A DNA stretch of 64,000 nt from Epithemia pelagica (taxonomy: Eukaryota; Protista; Bacillariophyta), in assembly GCA_946965045.2 (NCBI GenBank), contig OX337234.1:3224001-3288000 (forward strand). Reading direction: 5' to 3'. Position 1 is the first letter of the stretch; each line of letters starts with the position of its first letter. Shown piece after piece: positions 54,634-64,000 of this stretch. Under the pieces are notes generated by a model, which was given only the letters and a program-made list of their open reading frames with translations, did not search any database and was not told where the DNA came from. Both the position numbers and the translations under genes were made by a program.

Positions 54634-56886
54634 ATGGATCGATTACTCGTTGATGAGGGTCGTTGTCGGAAGGTATCTGGTCTTCTCCGTGTTATTGCTG
54701 ATCTACTTGATGGAGACACAAGTTGGTCGAGTGTTGATAAGGTTCCTGTCGAGACCCAGTCGGTTCCACGAGACATAAGTACTTCCACATTGCGTGAGAT
54801 TATTGATGCAGAACGTCAGCCTAAGCACGTTTCCAAGAAGCACAAGATGGATCAGAAAGCATCAGTGAAGTATAATATGGCTCTTCCATTCCTTTTTGAA
54901 ATTCCATCAAAAAAGTGGAAGGATGTTCCCAGATCGCTACAAAAGCAGATGATGTCCGAAGGTCCTTTTTTCCATGCCAGATTGGACTACATGAGTTCCA
55001 TTGTTTCCATTTACCAACCATTGGATGAAGTCACAGTCTGCACAGTGGCCAAATCACTTCACATTCCGCATGGGCATTTCACTGCAAATGCACCTGATTT
55101 CAAGTTCCCAGAAGAATGTATCATCCCCGTCCATTCAGTTTTTCCAAAGCAAGATTCTTTCCCACCCAATTCAGCCGACTTCCAATTTATTGAAACACGG
55201 ATCATAGAGGAGATTGGTATACCATGGCAGGATCTTTCTTCTCTGTTACTTCCGCAGAAAGAAGGGATGGTTAGTGACAGATCAACGCATATGCCACGAC
55301 AACATCTCTGGCAAGATGCCGGGTTTGGTGGTGGTCGTGCCTTTTCTCGTGATAAGGCCAATCACAGACTGTCACGTCCTTCGATGTTGGATGGAACAAT
55401 GGACCCTATAATGGTCAAGGTACTTTGTACAATGACAAAAATGATCAAACAAAACTGTCCTCATGTTTGGCATGGTCGTTCGACCCAGCGACTGGAAAGG
55501 TATGCAAAGCGAATCGATAAGGAGAATGTAATTGAATACATTTGGATAGCTGCGACAGACGTAAATTCAGCAGAAGTTGGACAATGTGGCTTTCACGATG
55601 ATGATCTCAATGATCCTAATTTTCCAGAGGTTGTGATTCTTTCCAAGGTTGTTCCATGTGGTGTGCGTTCTTTGAGAATTTCAGTAATTGCCGCTACAAG
55701 GAAGTCCATATTGGATGCAGAGCGCAGGGAGAACGAAGACATTGGTCCGTCTCTCCGATTCCTATTGCACAGGTATGCATCTATTGACGATGCAAGAAAA
55801 AACACTGGCCCATTAACATTTGCAACGACGACCAAGAGTGATGGTGCTTGGTGCGGAATTGGTTACAGTCTGTATCCATGTCATTTAGAGGCGTCCATCT
55901 ATGTGTCTCCCATTATTCACTACAGTTTGCGAATGATCAAACAATTCCATCTTGATTTTGTGGAGGTCATATGCATCTTCCGGTCTTTTGCATTGTGTTC
56001 CTTCACAACGTTCTTTGCTACCGCTGCGCTTATTGAAGTATTACAGCGACCTGTGCTGAAGCAGACCGGATTGGAATTTGGATACAACCTATTGGAAAGA
56101 GTTCACGAGATATATGGTTCGTATAAAAATTCAAAGAAACCAATCCCTGGGACACGATTTACAACAAGTTCTGAAACAAATCTACCATCCTTCGAGCAGT
56201 TTAAGGAACAGATACAGCATATGGTATTTGTCTGCATTCAATCATTCGGATATGACGATGCACCAACGAACAAGAAAACAAGGGCAAACTTATACAACAT
56301 GACTATGAAGGGATTGAAGGGAAGTTTGCCTTCATGTGGTGTCGTGGGAACTAATCATCTGATAAATGCAATGTCCATTGTTGGGTGTGTCCCGTTGTGG
56401 TATTCTTTCGAAATACAAGGTACTCATGAATCATGTGGTTTTCAATTCTTGAGCCGTGAATATGGTTTGAGGAAAGGGGAACAAGGGACAAAACAACTGC
56501 TTGATTCTTTCACAAAGGCCGTTGAAGATGTGTCAGGGAAATTTTGTTCCCGAAGAAATGCAGAGAGTATTGTGTGCAACATATTTCAAGCCCAACACAA
56601 AGAAGCACAAAGATTCACTGATCTTGTATGGGCCGATCAAATTGTGTACGAGCCCACAAAGAGTGGTGTTGTGTTATGGAAGAAAAATGGCATGTCTGTT
56701 TACACCGTTGGACCTCTAGTTGTACGATGGCCCTATGATGCGACATTCAAATTGGGACATGAAATTTACATGAAGCATGAGGCTGTGATATCAAAAGGAA
56801 TCAAACATGCCCGTATTGATGAAAAATTCGAACACTCTACCAGAACCAACTATTTATCGGATTCTATTCAAGAAGCACTCAACTAA
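54634..56886 (+). CDS. 750-aa cargo protein with TET/JBP-like (HxD...RxS) and HhH-like motifs
   Basis: Intact ORF inside the MULE. Motifs CGFHDDDLND...RISVIAATRKSI and GLKGSLPSCGVVGTNHLI...AESIVC. The family call is by eye only. Confidence 0.75.
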   Translation: MDRLLVDEGRCRKVSGLLRVIADLLDGDTSWSSVDKVPVETQSVPRDISTSTLREIIDAERQPKHVSKKHKMDQKASVKYNMALPFLFEIPSKKWKDVPRSLQKQMMSEGPFFHARLDYMSSIVSIYQPLDEVTVCTVAKSLHIPHGHFTANAPDFKFPEECIIPVHSVFPKQDSFPPNSADFQFIETRIIEEIGIPWQDLSSLLLPQKEGMVSDRSTHMPRQHLWQDAGFGGGRAFSRDKANHRLSRPSMLDGTMDPIMVKVLCTMTKMIKQNCPHVWHGRSTQRLERYAKRIDKENVIEYIWIAATDVNSAEVGQCGFHDDDLNDPNFPEVVILSKVVPCGVRSLRISVIAATRKSILDAERRENEDIGPSLRFLLHRYASIDDARKNTGPLTFATTTKSDGAWCGIGYSLYPCHLEASIYVSPIIHYSLRMIKQFHLDFVEVICIFRSFALCSFTTFFATAALIEVLQRPVLKQTGLEFGYNLLERVHEIYGSYKNSKKPIPGTRFTTSSETNLPSFEQFKEQIQHMVFVCIQSFGYDDAPTNKKTRANLYNMTMKGLKGSLPSCGVVGTNHLINAMSIVGCVPLWYSFEIQGTHESCGFQFLSREYGLRKGEQGTKQLLDSFTKAVEDVSGKFCSRRNAESIVCNIFQAQHKEAQRFTDLVWADQIVYEPTKSGVVLWKKNGMSVYTVGPLVVRWPYDATFKLGHEIYMKHEAVISKGIKHARIDEKFEHSTRTNYLSDSIQEALN

Positions 56887-56952
56887 TAAAATAATGAAAA
56901 TGTCCAATTGCCTTGTCATCAGACTCCAATGGACAAAACTCAGCTTGCCCAT

Positions 56953-57813
56953 GACCAGTCCAAAGAACGATCCCTCCAATGGCCCAAACAAGGTGCCGAC
57001 TGTCAACCTCAACAAATGAACCATCTTGTGCTCCACTCAGTTTGCCGACGACCAGTCCAAAGAACGATCCCTCCAATGGCCCAAACAAGGTGCCGACTGT
57101 CAACCCCAACAAATGAACCATCTTGTGCTCCACTCAGTTCGCAGACAACCAGTCCAAAGAACGATCCCTCCAATGGCCCAAACAAGGTGTCGACTGTCAA
57201 CCCCAACAAATGAACCATCTTGTGCTCCACTCAGTTTGCCGACGACCAGTCCAAAGAACGATCCCTCCAATGGCCCAAACAAGGTGCCGACTGACAACCC
57301 CAACAAATGAACCATCTTGTGCTCCACTCAGTTTGCCGACGACCTGTCCAACGAACGATCCCTCCAATGGCCCAAACAAGGTGCCGACTGTCAACCCCAA
57401 CAAATGAACCATCTTGTGCTCCACTCAGTTTGCCGACGACCAGTCCAAAGAATGATCCCTCCAATGGCCAAAACAAGGTGCCGACTGTCAACCTCAACAA
57501 ATGAACCATATTGTGCTCCACTCAGTTTGCCGACGACCAGTCCAAAGAATGATCCCTCCAATGGCCCAAACAAGGTGCCGACTGATAACCCCAACAAATG
57601 AACCATCTTGTGCTCCACTCAGTTTGCCGACGACCAGTCCAAAGAATGATCCCTCTATTGGCCCAAACAAGGTGCCGATTGATAACCCCAACAAATGAAC
57701 CATCTTGTGCTCCACTCAGTTTGCCGACGACCAGTCCAAAGAACGATCCCTCCAATGGCCCAAACAAGGTGCCGACTGTCAACCCCAACAAATGAACCAT
57801 CTTGTGCTCCACT
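56953..57813 (+). repeat. 97-bp tandem array, about 8.9 copies
   Basis: AAATGAACCAT recurs every 97 bp from 57014 to 57790, between the two convergent stop codons. Confidence 0.97.
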
Positions 57814-60800
57814 ATTTTGGCAGTAGTCGGTTTCTTCTGTATGTATTTTGTGTTGACTGTTTTGCCGTGTCAAATGGAACGTTAGAGGACAAAAAAGGCT
57901 CGTTGATATCATTCTCATTTCTGTCCCGATGACACATATTCCTTTGTTGTTGAGAAAGGCGCTTGCTTTGCCATGTTCTTGCATCATGCAACACTTGCAG
58001 AAGATGTTTTCGTGAGAGCTGACAATTGAACAACGGCAACATATCCTTTAACATTGTCAAGAGCTGTCCATGTGTGACGTCTTTATTTTCAGGAAAATCA
58101 AACTGGAAGTTTGATGTCATTTCCATAGATTCTTGAGTAAACGTGCAATTGTCCTCAGCGTCGGGGATCACTGAGGAATCCCAGTCTTCACATGTGTTTT
58201 CACCAGGCCTGACTTCATTAATTTCCTTGTGCAATGCCTCTCGAAAGTGCTTTGGGTATTCGTCAATCTCATAGTTCCAACAAAGAGGGACAGGAGAATT
58301 AATGACTTGATACATCTGGTCGATTGTGTACTCTGTACCAGACCATATATATGGGTAAGGACCGCTATAGCTGCATGTATCAGTCTTCATTCGTATGCCC
58401 TCATGATCTGAGTCATGTCCACGTAAGTACGATTCTGTAATGGAGGGATATTCAGAGACAAATGCATAATATGAGTACCCCATTTGCCATCGAACTGAGA
58501 TGTCTGACAAATCATATGCATCTTCAACACAGAACAAATGGCGGCACGGTATTCCATTTTGCTGTTTGTATCCACACTCGCAACACAAGATATCCTGTTT
58601 ATTTAATTCCATACGCCAAGCTGTCTTGAAAGAGGGAGGAGCCATTCCAGCCACTGTTCTAGTTTTGAATTCTGAAGATGGTGACACAGAATTTCTGAGA
58701 ATGTACCATACTTTCTCTGAATGACGGAGAACAGTATACTTGTTTCGTTGTGAATATTGCTGTATAAGCATATGACGTGCCATGTTGGATAATTTTTGAA
58801 GAATATCTACGTTGTGACATGAACCTTCCTTGATGAAAAGTGGAGTTGCCACCATCTGGCGAAGAGCTGCACAGCGTCGATCTTTTGCAGACAAACTTGA
58901 ATGGGTGAACATAGCATTTGCAGATGATGCCATTGACATGTTTGGACGTGTTGAAACATCGGAATGTTTACATGATCTATTCATGGCTTCACCAGAATTG
59001 TTCATGTACTTGTCAAAACACCGATGGAACCTCTTTTGCCAAAATGCAAAGGTGTTTTCATTTGGAAGAATTTTTTCTGCGAGCCACTTTCCGAGGAGAG
59101 CCAGACCCTCTGGTGATATTGAATGACACAATTCGTCCGATTCAATCTTCTTAAGCAAAAGATCTTTGGAGAGACTAAATTGTATCTCGGATGAACATGA
59201 GGATCCGTCACCCCATGTATAAATCCATGTCCGAATAGCTTGGAGAACAAAGAGACCATGTGGCGAACATGTAATTGAGTTTGGGATAGTTCTTTCAAAA
59301 GTCTTTTGGACAATATGGTACATACACCGCCCCCTGAAGGCATTCGTCAGATAATGGAGGCAGGACTCTTCAACTGCTTCGAACTCTTGGGCATCACCAT
59401 CAGTGATTACCAGTTTCACACGTTTTAGATTGGCTTCTCCAAGAAGACACGGCAGGCACTTGAGGAAAACCCAACGGTAAAATGCACTGGTCTCATTCGG
59501 CATAAATATTCGAGCAATCACAAATGCCTTCCCTGACTGATCTCTGCCACAAATCATGAGGAGTGGACGAGCTTTGTTGTTGGTTTTATGGGTGGAATCG
59601 ATGAATAGAACTTCGGGGAATCTTTGGAATTGGGCAAAGGCTTGAGCATCAACCCACCCTGCCCCCAGGAGAATTCTATGACTTTCGAGATCAATCAATG
59701 AATCATTATGAATTTCTCGAGCCATGTTCAATGTCTGATTGAGTGCATCGTTGTCCAAAGGGAGCTCTTGTGATTGTTCTACACTTTGAGCTGTTCTATA
59801 GGTATTCTCGAGAGTATCCACATATTCCATGTTTTCCTCTACTTTGTCAAGAGGAATTCTTCCAGTTTGTCCAGGCCTTCCTTTGGGATCTGCTGCATGC
59901 TTTCGTTACCAGTGCACCATCTGGGAAGCAGTGGACTCACGTTGCTCATTGTTTGTTAGGAAGTCAGGCTCCATTCGAATTCTTTGTATTGATCCACGGG
60001 ATATCAGCTCACTTTGATTTTCTAAGACAATGCATCTTAGAGAGCCATTGCCCACAGAAACTTTAGCACCACTGGTAATGAGCTTGTATGTGGAGTCGGA
60101 AATGTGGCGTTTAGCAAAACACAGATCACCTTTTTGTGGTTTGGGGTGGAAAGAATGAAGTCGATGTCCACACCCTTGTTTGAGGTATATGTACCCGTCA
60201 GGACCCTCTTTCACACCAAGACGCAGTGCAACTTTGCATGTTTCTTCAGCATGAACAGGTCGCATTGTCGAAGTTCCCCGAACAGATGATTTCCCACCAC
60301 AACGGTTCATGCTCCGATCACGGTGGTATCGGTATGGTCGTATACCAAGACGGACACCGTCATTGTCGAAAGTTTTGTCTGATAGAATGTTGTCTGGCTG
60401 TGCCGTATCATTGTTGTCCATCGGGCTTCCATTTGGTTGGTCGGGGATGTTGGTAGATGGGATGACTTTCGAACGTCGGGGACCATGTTTCCTACAACGG
60501 AAACAAGAGAGAACATGCGCTTGGCTGCGATAGACAAGGTTAGTTCCTGATTTGATACCCTCAATCTTTAGAGCTGTGCACAGTCTCTTAATGCCGTCAT
60601 CATTCGGAGGATATTTCTTTCTGTCAAAGATAACCAAATGTGGCAGTTCTTCAGTACTTTTTGATTTGGATGATTGTCGTCGAAAATGGTAGTGGTTTTT
60701 ATCAGTGAATTGAAACAGATCTATTGCTTGATTGTCAAAGTTTTCAAGGTCTGTGAAATAAAGTTCGGCTTGCCAGTTGAACTGACGATGGATGGCATTA

Positions 60801-60856
60801 TCAATATCAGCTTGCGCATCTTGAGCTGTTCCAATTGGAACAGTTGTCATGGTCAT
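57812..60856 (-). pseudogene. MULE transposase with SWIM zinc finger, one in-frame TAA at 59908-59906
   Basis: Motifs PEVLFIDSTHKTN, LVITDGDAQE, RGRCMYH and SWIM CCECGYKQQNGIPCRH. ORFs 59906-60856 and 57812-59830 are in the same frame with 25 sense codons between them. Confidence 0.88.
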
Positions 60857-61611
60857 CTTATAGTTGATCGAAAGGATCTGGATGCCATATTTGAAAGAGT
60901 TGGAGAAAGGCGGTTGGACAGTTTCCGAGTCGGGCGAGGCGCAAATGCCGACGAAGGAGATACCATGCCGGCGTGAAGAATAGGAAATTGACCAAAAAAT
61001 TTGTATGACAAAAGGGAAAAAAACCAGGTCAGAGAAGAATTCGGTGAACGACTGGCAGACGATTTAGAGGTGGTCACCGATACGGAGGGAAGATCTTCTG
61101 TCTTCCTAGCTCTTTCAGGGACCAAGAACAAAGAATAAAGTACGGGTGAGCATGACACTTATATTTTACTGGTTGGTGATTCATCAGTCGTCAATAACCA
61201 GCGTTGAAGTACGAGATGTCTTGGCAGGGAATTTAGGGGCGGCTCTGACTCATTGTTGTACATACTGACGCCCGACAAGACAATTGCCCTCCTCGTCAAT
61301 CTACCCTCCGCGCCGGGCGGTCCCTCCTTGACTCGACACCGGGAAGTATAAATACTACCACGCATCCCGAAACTTACATGGCGACGAAACTGACCTTTGC
61401 CAGTACCACGACAACGACAGGGCACCCGTGATGCTGGACTATGACCATTGACCAGCAGTACTACCATCAGGATGGAACAGCAAAAGAGCAGTGCAAACCA
61501 CAACAGCTCGGTCGAAGCAACTGTCACAATTTGTCTCGTGGCAGAAGTCCACACGTCCTACCAACCATTCACAAGACATCTCTTAAAGGACGAGTTCATT
61601 GTGTTTCCACC

Positions 61612-63624
<2,013 letters not shown>

Positions 63625-64000
63625 AACAGGGCGGCCACCAAGTGCAAGACACAAGACGAAACAGACCACAAGCGGATGCATGAAAGGCTCGTCCAGAGGG
63701 GAACCGTGAACGGCAACGGATTGAAACTGTTGCTTCCACACTACTAGAGGTACGCTGCATGGGGTAGTTTGAAACTCGGCGTTCCTAAATATTATTATAA
63801 AGGGTGGAGCGTTTCAATGAAAGTTTAGAGCTACGTAGACATGTCGCGATGGCGCGTCTGCGCTCGTCCAAGTAGGAGCACAAAGTCCTCGTGGTATTTT
63901 GTTTCGCGTTTGAGGTTCTATGATCATGGTGGAAAGCCACAGCCGCGTCAACATCCGTTGGGTAGGGTCCATGTGGTCGCGTATGAGACGCGTCTTGCCG

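Larger units (their letters stand above)
52332..61087 (-). mobile_element. Mutator-like (MULE) DNA transposon, about 8.76 kb, with cargo ORF and two tandem arrays
   Basis: 40-bp TIRs CTCYGTATCGGTGACCACCTCTAAATCGTCTGMCAGTCGT (52332-52371 / 61048-61087, 2 mismatches). The flanks rejoin into the paralogous empty site near 37712-37724. Encodes a MULE+SWIM transposase. Confidence 0.88.

Noticed and set aside
52745-57813. The 180-bp and 97-bp arrays as CRISPR arrays or protein-coding repeats
   Set aside because: There are no unique spacers or cas genes in this eukaryotic context. Almost every 180-bp unit has stops in all frames examined, no simple splice removes them, and 97 is not a multiple of 3.
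12478-59908. Stop-codon reassignment as an explanation for the five single in-frame stops
   Set aside because: Both TGA and TAA are involved, the paralogue comparison shows a TTA>TGA point mutation at 44656, and host genes end normally at all three stops.

Overview
Eukaryotic nuclear DNA, most likely from a pennate diatom. This is inferred from the CoDi-type Ty1/copia elements, GT-AG introns, CAA/poly-Q-rich genes and diatom-type CRAL-TRIO and LRR families. About two thirds of the window is mobile DNA. (1) A 5.6-kb copia element (8241-13824, minus) has identical 111-bp LTRs that lack TG...CA ends, and an in-frame UGA between gag and pol. (2) A two-gene RAG1/Transib-like transposase locus (about 14999-28579) has a convergent partner ORF and is split by (3). 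(3) An 8.4-kb copia element (19783-28147) has 784-bp LTRs, TSD AGATT and an extra 5' ORF. (4) A 605-bp MITE sits exactly at the junction of a tandem segmental duplication (34232-41766 / 42372-63743). (5) A 6.5-kb piggyBac-like element has 196-bp TIRs, an intact intron-containing transposase and two extra ORFs. (6) An 8.8-kb MULE-like element carries 180-bp and 97-bp tandem arrays and a 750-aa cargo ORF with TET/JBP-like and HhH-like motifs. In both copia elements the sequence abutting the 5' LTR reads as a tRNA anticodon arm (Ile and Asn), suggesting half-tRNA priming. Host genes: a DUF6081-like fragment, LysM, TLDc, EF-hand (frameshifted), MddA/nurim-like (frameshifted), SGNH-like, three CRAL-TRIO-like/bZIP paralogues (one intact) and two LRR paralogues with 12 versus 48 Q. 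No rRNA, tRNA gene or CRISPR array was seen. Protein family calls are by eye from motifs; no searches were run.
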